Positions 11,019-20,510 of a DNA stretch of 57,139 bases are shown piece after piece (within the stretch, counting starts at the first letter, position 1; each line of letters begins with the position of its first letter). The position numbers were made by a program, and so were the translations under genes. Where the stretch lies: positions 1-57,139 of the forward strand of contig JBBTIN010000043.1 in NCBI GenBank assembly GCA_038059935.1, given 5' to 3'. This DNA comes from Nitrospirota bacterium. Lineage in GTDB: Bacteria > Nitrospirota > Nitrospiria > SBBL01 > SBBA01. Under the pieces are notes generated by a model. The model was not told the DNA's origin, did no database searches, and was given only the letters and a program-made list of their open reading frames with translations.

Positions 11019-11173
11019 GCAAAAGCAGTATATGCCTTTGAAATAGGCTAGATCAATTTACAAAACCGATTATTTCTCAAAGAAGGGTCGCGGAGATTAC
11101 AATATCCAAAAGATAAGTTCCATGCTCTGAAACCGGACAAGTCTATTTGTCACTGACAATCACGGGCAAGTAA

Positions 11174-11202
11174 TTGACATAAATGCCCATACGGATTACT
11201 AT
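11174..11202 (+). promoter_or_regulatory. candidate sigma-70 promoter of the asnB-like operon
   Basis: TTGACA (11174-11179), a 17-nt spacer, then TACTAT (11197-11202), about 75 nt upstream of the ATG at 11278. Confidence 0.4.
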
Positions 11203-11277
11203 CCAAAACGCCATGTTGCCTATCGGTTATTGACGGTGCGGGCAATGCTAAAACGTCTCTAGGCATGGAGATTCAGA

Positions 11278-13218
11278 ATGTGTGGAATTGCGGGGATCTA
11301 TCAGTGGGATGGAAAGACGCCTGATCAGGATCGGCTACATCGTATGATTCAAACCATACGACATCGTGGCCCGGACGGTACAGGTGTTTTTGCAGAAGGG
11401 CCTGTGGGTTTGGCCCATGCACGGCTTAGCATTATTGATCTTTCCGGCGGCCATCAGCCGATGGCAAACGACGACCAGTCTCTCTGGGTCACGTTTAACG
11501 GTGAAATCTTTAATTATCTAGAACTCCGACAATATCTGGTGGATCGGGGATATCGTTTTTCCACAACCTCTGATACAGAAGTCCTTCTTCAAATGTATGC
11601 CGACAAGGGGGAGGATTGTGTCAAATATTTTAACGGACAATGGGCATTCGCCATCTGGGATAAGAAGCGGAACCGTCTCTTCCTTTCTCGTGACCGTGCT
11701 GGTATTCGGCCTTTGTTCTACACAACGCTTCGTGGGGCTTTTGTTTTTGGATCAGAAATAAAATCCATTTTTGCCCATTCCGAAGTCAAAAGAGAAATAG
11801 ACGTAGAGGCGTTGGATCAAATTTTCACCTTCTGGTGTACGCTTCCGCCTAAAACCGCATTTCAAGGCGTTTATGAACTTCCCCCAGGGTCTTCAATGAT
11901 TGTTGAAGCGGGGAAGGTGACTGTTCGCTCTTATTGGAAAATGGATTATACGTTTCAGGACGAGGCAGAAAAGAGCGAGGAGGAGTATGCCGGAATCTTG
12001 CATGATCTTCTGGTAGATGCGACACGCATTCGACTGCGTGCGGATGTTCCCGTCGGGGCCTATTTAAGTGGCGGGCTGGACTCGTCAGTCATCGTTTCTT
12101 TAATGAAAAAAGCCAATGCATCACTTGAGACATTTTCAGTGGGGTTTGCCGATTCTGAATTTGATGAGAGTGGATTTCAGAAGCAAGCGATTGATTATTT
12201 TGGCACAAAGCATCGTGATGTCTTCTGCAAAGAAGATGAGATTGGCCGGATTTTTCCGGATGTTTTGTGGCATATGGAGAAGCCTGTTGTGCGAACGGCT
12301 CCAGCACCCCTTTTCATGCTGTCACAATTGGTTCGAGACGCGCGATATAAAGTTGTTTTAACGGGAGAAGGTTCAGACGAAATATTGGGCGGATACGATA
12401 TTTTTAAGGAGGCCAAGGTGCGCCATTTTTGGGGAAGGCATCCGGAATCTCAAATGCGCCCTCGGCTCTTAAAACGGCTCTATCCTTATTTGCCGAACTT
12501 GCAGAAACAGTCCGAGTCTTATTTAAAGGCCTTTTTCTACGTCCGACCGGATGATGTGAATAATCCGTTTTTCTCACATCTTCCCCGGTGGGAGCTGACT
12601 GCAAGGATGAAGATGTTTTATTCTGATGAGGTGCAGTCAAAATTGGGAGGGGGATCGGTTTACAAAACGATGGAAGAGCTATTGCCAAAGGGGTTTTTGG
12701 CATGGGATCCTTTTCTCAAGGCGCAGTATCTTGAATTTTCCGGGTTGCTTCCTGGGTATATTTTATCGTCTCAAGGAGATCGTGTGGCAATGGCGCATTC
12801 GGTCGAGGGGCGGTTTCCGTTTCTGGACTATCGCGTGATAGAATTTGCCGCAAAAATTCCCACGCGATTGAAGATGAAGGTATTGAATGAAAAATATCTT
12901 TTGAAGAAGTCTTTCCAAAATTTAATTCCAGAGACGATTAGAAAGCGGTCAAAACAACCCTATCGCGCGCCGGAGGGAAAGAGTTTTTTTGGCACGCATC
13001 CCCCGGACTATGTCATGGAGTTACTTTCCCCAGACCGTATTGCTCAGGGCGGGTTGTTTCATCCGGAACGTGTGCAAAAGTTGGTAGAGAAATTTCGCAG
13101 GGGGCAGGCCATTGGGTTGAAAGAGAATATGGCGATCATTGCCATTTTATCAACGCAATTGCTTGTTGATCAATTTATTCATCATTTCGAGGAAAGGATC
13201 GCTTATGGAGGCCATTGA
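11278..13218 (+). CDS. asparagine synthetase family glutamine-hydrolysing amidotransferase
   Basis: 646-aa ORF. N-terminal Ntn nucleophile MCGIAG and PP-loop SGGLDSS in the synthetase domain. Confidence 0.9.
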   Translation: MCGIAGIYQWDGKTPDQDRLHRMIQTIRHRGPDGTGVFAEGPVGLAHARLSIIDLSGGHQPMANDDQSLWVTFNGEIFNYLELRQYLVDRGYRFSTTSDTEVLLQMYADKGEDCVKYFNGQWAFAIWDKKRNRLFLSRDRAGIRPLFYTTLRGAFVFGSEIKSIFAHSEVKREIDVEALDQIFTFWCTLPPKTAFQGVYELPPGSSMIVEAGKVTVRSYWKMDYTFQDEAEKSEEEYAGILHDLLVDATRIRLRADVPVGAYLSGGLDSSVIVSLMKKANASLETFSVGFADSEFDESGFQKQAIDYFGTKHRDVFCKEDEIGRIFPDVLWHMEKPVVRTAPAPLFMLSQLVRDARYKVVLTGEGSDEILGGYDIFKEAKVRHFWGRHPESQMRPRLLKRLYPYLPNLQKQSESYLKAFFYVRPDDVNNPFFSHLPRWELTARMKMFYSDEVQSKLGGGSVYKTMEELLPKGFLAWDPFLKAQYLEFSGLLPGYILSSQGDRVAMAHSVEGRFPFLDYRVIEFAAKIPTRLKMKVLNEKYLLKKSFQNLIPETIRKRSKQPYRAPEGKSFFGTHPPDYVMELLSPDRIAQGGLFHPERVQKLVEKFRRGQAIGLKENMAIIAILSTQLLVDQFIHHFEERIAYGGH

Positions 13219-13459
13219 AAAAGAGGTTCGTTGTTTTATTATTGAGCACTTTCTTTTTGGATCAGGGGGAAACGGCTTAAAGAGCGCAGACTCCCTATTA
13301 GAAAAAGGGGTGATTGATTCAACTGGGGTGTTAGAGCTGGTTTCTTTTTTAGAGACGACGTTTCATTTCAAGGTAGAAGATCACGAAATCATTCCTGATC
13401 ATCTGGATTCGATTGGCAATATTGTTGTGTTTGTGGATCGAAAAAAGAAGTCCGCATAA
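13205..13459 (+). CDS. acyl carrier protein
   Basis: 84 aa from ATG 13205, overlapping the asnB-like stop by 14 nt. Phosphopantetheine-attachment-type motif GVIDSTGVLELVSFLE. Confidence 0.8.
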   Translation: MEAIEKEVRCFIIEHFLFGSGGNGLKSADSLLEKGVIDSTGVLELVSFLETTFHFKVEDHEIIPDHLDSIGNIVVFVDRKKKSA

Positions 13460-13480
13460 ATAAATAAAAAGAGATTTGAT

Positions 13481-15052
13481 ATGCAGGTAGAAGAGTTTTT
13501 AGAACGGAGTGCGCGTCGTTTAGGGGGAAAAACCGCGTTGGTTTGCGGGGAACGCCGTTTTACCTATCAGGAGGTCAATGATTGCGCAAATGTCCTTGCC
13601 CATTCGATGATTTCAGAAGGGATCATGCGGGGGGACCGGGTGGCGGTGTACATGGACAACACGCCCGAAGCGGTCATTTCAATTTATGCGATTTTAAAGG
13701 CGGGAGCGGTTTTCCTGATGATCAATCCGACCACAAAATCGGATAAGCTGGCATACATTTTAAATAACAGCCGAGCCCGGGGGATTCTGACTGACTTTGA
13801 TAAATTCAAAGCGGCGCAGGAATGCTGGAAGCAAACCCCGCATCTTTCTCTCATTTTTGTGGGGAGGGCGAATTCCTCCGATCTTTCTTCTCCGAATGGC
13901 GCAAAGGTTTTATCGCTTGATCATGTCCTACAGTCGAGGTCAAGCACACTAACGGCGCCTCGTAAACGATGTATTGATATTGACTTGGCGGCGTTGATTT
14001 ATACGTCAGGATCAACGGGTCGTCCCAAAGGGGTGATGATGGCCCATCTGAATATTGTTACTGCGGCGACGTCCATTACCACCCGTTTAGAAAACCACGA
14101 AGGGGATATTATCTTTTCCGTTCTTCCTTTATCGTTTAATTATGGGCTGTACCAGTCGTTGATGGCCTTTTTGTTTGGAGGGACATTGGTGCTGGAGCGT
14201 TCCTTTAACTACACCTATGCCTCCCTTGATAAAATGGTTAAAGAAAAGGCAACGGGTCTTCCCATTGTTCCGACCATGATGGCAATCTTGCTTCAAATGA
14301 ACTTGGAGCCATTTGATTTTTCAAATTTACGTTATATTACAAACACGGCAGCGGCACTCCCCACCGATCATATCCAATTGATTCGGAAAACAATGCCTGG
14401 TGTTGCAATCTATTCGATGTATGGTTTGACGGAGTGCAAGCGGGCTTGCTGTCTTCCTCCCGATCAGATTGATATTCGACCGACCTCGGTGGGGTTAGCA
14501 TTGCCGAATGAGGAGCTTTATCTGGTCAACGAAGCGGATGAGCGTTTGGGGCCGGGGGAGGTCGGGGAGTTAGTGGTGCGAGGTGCCAATGTGATGAAAG
14601 GATATTGGGAATTGCCGGAGGAAACGGAGAAAGTGCTTCGTCCGGGGCCGCTTCCCGGAGAGAAGGTTTTGTATACGGGAGACTTGTTTAAAACGGATGA
14701 AGAGGGATACCTTTATTTTGTCGGGAGAAAAGACGATATTATTAAGTCGCAGGGTGAAAAGGTGAGCCCTGTAGAGGTAGAGAATGTTCTCTACAAGTTA
14801 AGAGAAGTTGAGGAAGCTGGGGTGGTCGGCATTTCAGATCGTATTTTGGGGGATCTTGTTTGCGCCGTGGTCATGCTTCGAGAAGGTGCGACACTCACAG
14901 AAAATGATCTGCTGTTGCATTGTAACCGGCATCTTGAAATTTATATGATTCCTAAAAAAGTCATTATTAGAAAAGAGCATTTGCCCAGAACAGAAACAGG
15001 AAAGCTTAATAAACGTACATTAAAAATTCAAATAGAAGAGGGACAGCTATGA
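13481..15052 (+). CDS. AMP-forming acyl-CoA/acyl-ACP ligase (ANL superfamily)
   Basis: 523-aa ORF with the AMP-binding motif YTSGSTGRPKGV, YGLTE, and GDLFKTDEEGYLYFVGRKDDIIKSQGEKV. Confidence 0.9.
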   Translation: MQVEEFLERSARRLGGKTALVCGERRFTYQEVNDCANVLAHSMISEGIMRGDRVAVYMDNTPEAVISIYAILKAGAVFLMINPTTKSDKLAYILNNSRARGILTDFDKFKAAQECWKQTPHLSLIFVGRANSSDLSSPNGAKVLSLDHVLQSRSSTLTAPRKRCIDIDLAALIYTSGSTGRPKGVMMAHLNIVTAATSITTRLENHEGDIIFSVLPLSFNYGLYQSLMAFLFGGTLVLERSFNYTYASLDKMVKEKATGLPIVPTMMAILLQMNLEPFDFSNLRYITNTAAALPTDHIQLIRKTMPGVAIYSMYGLTECKRACCLPPDQIDIRPTSVGLALPNEELYLVNEADERLGPGEVGELVVRGANVMKGYWELPEETEKVLRPGPLPGEKVLYTGDLFKTDEEGYLYFVGRKDDIIKSQGEKVSPVEVENVLYKLREVEEAGVVGISDRILGDLVCAVVMLREGATLTENDLLLHCNRHLEIYMIPKKVIIRKEHLPRTETGKLNKRTLKIQIEEGQL

Positions 15053-16044
15053 CATCAAAAGCATTTACATCTGAAGACATCAAGATAGCAGATCCAGCCA
15101 AGGCCGTAGAGCAGATTCACTTGGCCATTCGTGAACAAGTCTTTCATGTTCTCAAACGAAAAGGGGCCGTGTTGGGTCTTTCGGGAGGAATTGACAGTAG
15201 TGTTTCAGCTGCCCTTTGCGCGGGGGCACTTGGGAAAGATCGCGTCTGGGGCCTTTTTATGCCGGAGCAAGATTCATCGGGGGAGAGTCTGCGTCTTGGA
15301 CGTCTTGTGGCAGAGACAATCGGAATCCGCTCTTCATTAGAAGACATTGCTCCCATGCTGACGGCAGCGGGATGTTATCGGCGTCGAGACGAGGCAATCC
15401 GCTTAGTGGTGCCCAACTATGGCGAAGGGTTTAAGTGTAAGATTGTTCTTCCGAATCTTTTGGAAAGCGATCAGTACCCAATATATTCCGTGGTGGTGGA
15501 ATCCCCCGATGGAAAGCAAAGTAAGACGCGGCTGACTTCGGAGGCCTATTTGGGTATCGTTGCCGCTACCAATTTTAAACAGCGTGTACGCAGAATGATG
15601 GAATATTATTATGCGGATCGTTTGAACTTTGCGGTGGTGGGGACACCGAACAGATTAGAATATGATCAAGGCTTTTTCGTTAAAAATGGCGATGGTGCTG
15701 CTGATTTCAAACCGATTGCACACTTATATAAATCACAGGTGTATCAACTGGCGGCCTATCTGGGGATTCCAGAAGAAGTTCAAAGTCGTCCGCCGACAAC
15801 AGATACCTACTCATTAGACCAATCGCAGGAAGAGTTTTACTTTGCCCTGCCGCTGGCCGAGTTTGACCTGTGTCTCTATGGGCGGAATCATGGCGTTCCA
15901 ACCGAAGCGGTGGCAGTGGCGATTGGACGACCCACTGAACAAGTGGAGCGTGTTTATCGCCAGATTGCGTCCCGGCGCGAGGCAACGCGTTACTTGCGTA
16001 TGCCCGCACTTCTTGCTGAAAAGGTGCTGGAGTTAGAGTCGTAA
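15049..16044 (+). CDS. NAD synthetase (NadE)-like PP-loop ATP pyrophosphatase
   Basis: 331-aa ORF with PP-loop LGLSGGIDSS. ATGA start/stop overlap with the ligase gene. Confidence 0.8.
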   Translation: MTSKAFTSEDIKIADPAKAVEQIHLAIREQVFHVLKRKGAVLGLSGGIDSSVSAALCAGALGKDRVWGLFMPEQDSSGESLRLGRLVAETIGIRSSLEDIAPMLTAAGCYRRRDEAIRLVVPNYGEGFKCKIVLPNLLESDQYPIYSVVVESPDGKQSKTRLTSEAYLGIVAATNFKQRVRRMMEYYYADRLNFAVVGTPNRLEYDQGFFVKNGDGAADFKPIAHLYKSQVYQLAAYLGIPEEVQSRPPTTDTYSLDQSQEEFYFALPLAEFDLCLYGRNHGVPTEAVAVAIGRPTEQVERVYRQIASRREATRYLRMPALLAEKVLELES

Positions 16045-16058
16045 ACAGAGGCTCTTCA

Positions 16059-17150
16059 ATGCCGTATATTGTTACTCCTGCGCAGATTGACGCTGATAAA
16101 AAAGACATTCTTGACTTTTTTGCGGAGCATCGGCCGACAATTGACAATGACCGATATAACTGGATTTATCAAAATAATCCTCATGGCGTTGCCTCTTGCT
16201 GGCTCGCGAAAGAAACCCCGCTTCAGAACATTGTGGGGACCGCAGTTTTGTTTCCAAAAAAAGTGTGGGTAGCGGGCAATCAAAAAATGGCTGCCATTGC
16301 AGGCGATTTTATTGTTTCCAAGAAGAACCGCGCGTTTGGCCCTGCCATTGCGTTAGAAAAGGAGGTTGTGCTGGGGTGTCAGAAAAATAAATTTGATATT
16401 CTCTATGGCATGCCGAATCCCTTGTCTACTGCCATTCTCCAGCGTGCTGGCTTTAAAAAAATTGGATTTATTCAACGCTTTTCAAAACTCCTTCGGATGT
16501 ATCCTTACATTGAAAGACGAGTTGCAAAACTTTTTCGGACAGAGCCTTACATTGAAAGACGAGTTATTGATAAGTCTTTGGCCAAGGGGTTGTTGAGGCC
16601 GTTTGATTTTATTGTTGAAAAATTTTCCAAAGAAACCTGGGTATCTCAATCAACAGAATATGTGCCAGAAATTTTAACTCGCTTTGATCAGCGCTTCGAT
16701 ATTCTTTTTGAAAAAATACGGGATCAGACGATTCTAATTGGGGAGCGAACCAGTGAATATCTGAATTGGCGACTCATCGATTCTCCGATTGAGGACTACA
16801 TCCTTTTTTCGCTTGTACACAAAAAGACTCAGGAAATTGGAGGGTATATCACTTTTTACAAACAAAATAATATTGCTTGTATTGTTGATTTCATTGCGCT
16901 TGATGCTCACAAAATGTTTGACATTGTTTTTTCAGAATTTCTTATGTATCAGAGAAGGGAAGGGGCGGATGCGGTCAGCCTGCTCTATTTTGGAAAATCC
17001 TTTTTTCGTAACAAACTGAGAGAGTATGGTTTTGTTGTTCGGCCCCCTCTCCGAGACTTTGTTGTCTATCTCAACCCAGAGATAAATTGTCCAATAGATC
17101 TGGAGAATCCGGAGTATTGGTATGTACTTGAATGCGACAATGACATTTAA
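16059..17150 (+). CDS. GNAT-like acyltransferase (CelD/FemAB-like, tentative)
   Basis: 363-aa ORF, last gene of the operon. Its size and C-terminal acyl-CoA N-acyltransferase-like region (GYITFYKQNNIACIVDFIA...REYGF) resemble CelD/BioF2-like acetyltransferases. Contains an in-frame 21-bp direct repeat. Confidence 0.5.
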   Translation: MPYIVTPAQIDADKKDILDFFAEHRPTIDNDRYNWIYQNNPHGVASCWLAKETPLQNIVGTAVLFPKKVWVAGNQKMAAIAGDFIVSKKNRAFGPAIALEKEVVLGCQKNKFDILYGMPNPLSTAILQRAGFKKIGFIQRFSKLLRMYPYIERRVAKLFRTEPYIERRVIDKSLAKGLLRPFDFIVEKFSKETWVSQSTEYVPEILTRFDQRFDILFEKIRDQTILIGERTSEYLNWRLIDSPIEDYILFSLVHKKTQEIGGYITFYKQNNIACIVDFIALDAHKMFDIVFSEFLMYQRREGADAVSLLYFGKSFFRNKLREYGFVVRPPLRDFVVYLNPEINCPIDLENPEYWYVLECDNDI

Positions 17151-17178
17151 CTTGTCCTCGTGAAATAATTAAATCTTT

Positions 17179-17775
17179 TTAAGCGGGAGAAATCTCCTGT
17201 CCATTCAACAACGGCTCAATGATCTTCTCGATCAAATTCGTATACGTATTTCCAATAATCGGGCCGATGGATTTGTGTCGGATCATCCCTTTCTGATCAA
17301 TCACAAACGTTTCGGGTACACCATAAATCCCATAATCAATTGAGACCTTGCCAGAAAAATCGCGCACATGCGTAAAATTATTTCCGTGCTGCCGTAAATA
17401 TGCTTGTGCCAAATTTTCTTTATCTTGATAATCCACCCCCAGCATCACAAAATTAGGATTGCCCTTATAGCGTTCGACGATCTCAAGAAGCGAGGGATGC
17501 TCTAGCGCACATTCTTTGCACCACGATGCCCAAAAATTAAGCACCACCACTTTTCCCTTGTAATCAGAAAGCCGAATGGTTTTGCCTTCATGGGGTGCGA
17601 CCCCTGCGGGGAGTGCGACCCCTGCGAAAAGTTCGGGTGCGGCAAAGTCGGATGCGGGTGTGTTGATAATCACCGGAGGAATATACGAAGGATTCCCGTA
17701 GAGGCCGTGATAGAAAACAACCACAAGCACGACAATGGCCAACGGGAGAAATATTTGCCAAGCCTTAATTTTCAT
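17179..17775 (-). CDS. ccmG: thiol:disulfide oxidoreductase CcmG/DsbE (TlpA family)
   Basis: 198-aa ORF with an N-terminal TM anchor, the thioredoxin motif WASWCKEC and GVPETFVID. Lies in the ccm cluster. Confidence 0.85.
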   Translation of the reverse strand: MKIKAWQIFLPLAIVVLVVVFYHGLYGNPSYIPPVIINTPASDFAAPELFAGVALPAGVAPHEGKTIRLSDYKGKVVVLNFWASWCKECALEHPSLLEIVERYKGNPNFVMLGVDYQDKENLAQAYLRQHGNNFTHVRDFSGKVSIDYGIYGVPETFVIDQKGMIRHKSIGPIIGNTYTNLIEKIIEPLLNGQEISPA

Positions 17776-17805
17776 TTTTTCTTTTCCCCAATTGTATCGA
17801 ATTGA

Positions 17806-18065
17806 TTAGCCAAAGAACTTGTCATACTCGGTGTGTGGTCCAATCCAGAACCACTGCACTCCCTCTGATACTGGCACCCCAAGAGCGCGGTAGTGTATAC
17901 CAATCGAACGCTGCGGAAGTGTCCACCCTGCACAAATTTGAATCGCAGAGACGGGTGTGTTGGATTCTCCTTGAGAAGAATATAGGAGCGTCGTGCGAGA
18001 TTCTGGACGGCGATTGGCAGGGAATCGAAACAACGCCAGAATCGGATCGACGCGAAATGCTTCAA
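17806..18065 (-). pseudogene. RelE/ParE-superfamily toxin, frameshifted
   Basis: The N-terminal half (MKHFASIRFWRCFDSLPIAVQNLARRSYILLKENPTHPSLRFKFVQGGHFRSVR) is in the frame starting at 18065. The C-terminal half (IGIHYRALGVPVSEGVQWFWIGPHTEYDKFFG, stop at 17806) is in another frame. The junction at about 17904 is consistent with a 1-nt deletion. Confidence 0.7.
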
Positions 18066-18262
18066 ATTTCGTGTGCCTTACCGCTATGATATTCAGCGAC
18101 AGCCTCTTCAGCGAATGCATCAAACTTCCCCGCAGTTGCATCTGCTTCAATCTGGGCATCCCAAGCAGTCGCATTGAACTCCAAGAACCAGTGTTGCAAT
18201 GTCGCGAGTTCATCGGCGGACAGATGTTCAATGGCGCGTTCAATTGTCTCAACGGTTGTCAT
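18062..18262 (-). CDS. antitoxin of a type II TA pair
   Basis: 66-aa acidic ORF (LSADELATLQHWFLEFNATAWDAQIEADATAGKFD). ATGA overlap with the toxin start and SD GAGGAGG upstream. Confidence 0.6.
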   Translation of the reverse strand: MTTVETIERAIEHLSADELATLQHWFLEFNATAWDAQIEADATAGKFDAFAEEAVAEYHSGKAHEI

Positions 18263-18285
18263 GGCAGCCTCCTCATTCGACTACG

Positions 18286-18294
18286 AGTATATCA
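18286..18294 (-). promoter_or_regulatory. candidate extended -10 promoter of the TA pair
   Basis: The minus strand reads TGATATACT (TGn + TATACT), about 24 nt upstream of the antitoxin ATG. Confidence 0.4.
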
Positions 18295-18305
18295 CACCCT
18301 TTTTT

Positions 18306-18383
18306 GTCATTTCGACCAAAGGGAGAAATCTGTTACCTCAATGTTATCAAGCCCTTGAGATTTCTCTCTGCGTTCGAAATGAC
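18306..18383. repeat. imperfect 26-bp inverted repeat flanking a 26-bp spacer
   Basis: Left arm GTCATTTCGAccaaagGGAGAAATCT (18306-18331). Right arm AGATTTCTCtctgcgTTCGAAATGAC (18358-18383). The outer 10 bp and inner 9 bp are complementary. It lies between the ccmF stop and the TA promoter. Confidence 0.7.
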
Positions 18384-18409
18384 AGAGAAAGAACCTTTTC
18401 GTTCAGGCA

Positions 18410-20440
18410 CTAACCCACCGCGCCCAAAGGAGGCGCACCCTCTACGGAAGGGGCAACGGGTGGAGAAACAACCACCTTCTTTTTTCCCAGCGAAAAAATC
18501 ACGCCTCGAAAAATATTCATCAAGACTCCTAAGCCCATGATCGCTCCGCCATACCAGACCCAAAGCACCAACGGATTGTGCAACGCACGCACACGCACCC
18601 ATGACGCATCCGGCGAGACATCCGGAATGGTGACGAACAAATGACCCGTATAAATCTGGTGAATCGCAGCCTCGGTTGTTGGGGTTTGTGAAACCTCGTA
18701 AAGCCTTTTTTGTGGACGTAAACTGGCCACCAATTTATTATTTTTATCATACACCTCAAAAAACCCCTCATGCCCCGACCAGTTCGATCCAGTCACGGGA
18801 TAAATCTGAATCAATTTAAAACGATAATCGTTTAACATGACCGATTCCGAAGGCTTCATCGCCTGTATTTTCTCGGCTTGAAACAACGTGGAGCAGACGA
18901 CGCCAATCGTCATCACCAGCACACCGACATGGGTGAGAATTCCCGCCGTCTTTCTGGGGTTCTGACGAAGCACCTTCAAAAACGCACTCGACTTCTTCAA
19001 TTGATAACGATCCGCCCACATCTTTGTTAATTGCAAATAGTCGCGGACAATAGCCGTGCCGGTAAAAAACGTGACCGACAATGCCGCTAACGCATACATA
19101 TCTCGCATCCCCATCACATAAAGAAGCGGCAACGCGCAAAACCCAATCGCAAACGGAACGGTTAGAATATCTTTGATGGCGGCGATCGAACATTTTCGCC
19201 ACGGAATATAAGGGCCAATTCCCATTAGTAAAATCAATCCCCACGCCACTGGCATAAAGACCGCGTTATAATAAGGTGCGCCGACCGACACCTTCTGAAA
19301 CTTCATGACCTCAATAAATAGCGGATAGAGCGTGCCGATAAAAACAATAACGAAAGCAGTCACGAAAAAGAGATTATTGTAAAGAAAAATCGCCTCGCGC
19401 GATAACAGCGATTCCATTACCACCTTACTTTTGAGTTTCGACGAACGCAAAATCAACATCCCAAACGAAAGACAGAGCATAAAGGTTAAAAAACCCAGAA
19501 TAAACAAGCCGCGTCCCGGATCGGTCGCGAATGAATGGACAGACGAAAGCACGCCGCTTCGCACCAAGAACGTCCCAATCAGTGAGAGCGAGAAGGCGAG
19601 AATAATCAGAAAAAGATTCCAGACCAAAAACATCTTGCGTGTTTCCTGAACCATCACCGAATGCAAAAACGCGGTGGCAATCAGCCACGGCATGAACGAC
19701 GCGTTCTCAACCGGATCCCATCCCCAGTATCCCCCCCAGCCCAATTCATAATAAGCCCAATAGCCACCCATTAAAATTCCCGTTGTCAACGCGAGCCACG
19801 CAAAGAGTGTCCATCGTTGCGTGGTCTTAATCCATTCTTCAGAAAGCCGTCCTGAAAAAAGCGCGGCCATTGCGAAACAGTAGGGAATCGAAAGGCCGAC
19901 ATACCCTAAATAGAGCATCGGCGGATGAATGACCATCGCGGGGTCTTGCAACAGCGGATTTAAATCTTTGCCATCCGGCGGGGTAAACGGGGTGCGCTCA
20001 AAGGGGTTTGAGAGAAAAAGAATCAGCAGCAAAAAACCCGTGAGTAAGGTGGATTCAATCGAGATCAGATACGGCATCACGGCCGGCTGTGTCTTCCAAT
20101 GAATCATCACAGCCAGCGCGCAAAAAAGCGATAAGACCCATGCCCAAAGGAGAAGTGAGCCTTCATGTCCGCCCCAAAGTCCAGCCACTTTATAGAAAAG
20201 TGAGAGCTTGCTGTTGGACGTGGCAAAGACATATTTGACGGAATAATCTTGTGTAACAAATGAGTAGATCATCCCGGCCATGCCGATTGAGATGAGACAG
20301 AAATTGAGCAGCACGGCCTGTCGGCCCACCGAAACCCAGACCCCGTTTCGAGTAGAAAGGCCGATCCAAGGGGTTGCGATACCGACCATCGCCAAAACCA
20401 ACGCGGTCATGACTGCAAAATGTCCAAACTCAAGCATCAA
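18410..20440 (-). CDS. ccmF: cytochrome c-type biogenesis heme lyase subunit CcmF
   Basis: 676-aa polytopic ORF with the W-rich heme-handling motif GWGGYWGWDPVENASFMPW. Confidence 0.95.
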   Translation of the reverse strand: MMLEFGHFAVMTALVLAMVGIATPWIGLSTRNGVWVSVGRQAVLLNFCLISIGMAGMIYSFVTQDYSVKYVFATSNSKLSLFYKVAGLWGGHEGSLLLWAWVLSLFCALAVMIHWKTQPAVMPYLISIESTLLTGFLLLILFLSNPFERTPFTPPDGKDLNPLLQDPAMVIHPPMLYLGYVGLSIPYCFAMAALFSGRLSEEWIKTTQRWTLFAWLALTTGILMGGYWAYYELGWGGYWGWDPVENASFMPWLIATAFLHSVMVQETRKMFLVWNLFLIILAFSLSLIGTFLVRSGVLSSVHSFATDPGRGLFILGFLTFMLCLSFGMLILRSSKLKSKVVMESLLSREAIFLYNNLFFVTAFVIVFIGTLYPLFIEVMKFQKVSVGAPYYNAVFMPVAWGLILLMGIGPYIPWRKCSIAAIKDILTVPFAIGFCALPLLYVMGMRDMYALAALSVTFFTGTAIVRDYLQLTKMWADRYQLKKSSAFLKVLRQNPRKTAGILTHVGVLVMTIGVVCSTLFQAEKIQAMKPSESVMLNDYRFKLIQIYPVTGSNWSGHEGFFEVYDKNNKLVASLRPQKRLYEVSQTPTTEAAIHQIYTGHLFVTIPDVSPDASWVRVRALHNPLVLWVWYGGAIMGLGVLMNIFRGVIFSLGKKKVVVSPPVAPSVEGAPPLGAVG

Positions 20441-20510
20441 TTGGTATTACCCCTTTCTGTAGGAGGTTTTACGCTCCCCAATTTGTTTTTATAGGAGACA
20501 ACAGACCGAC

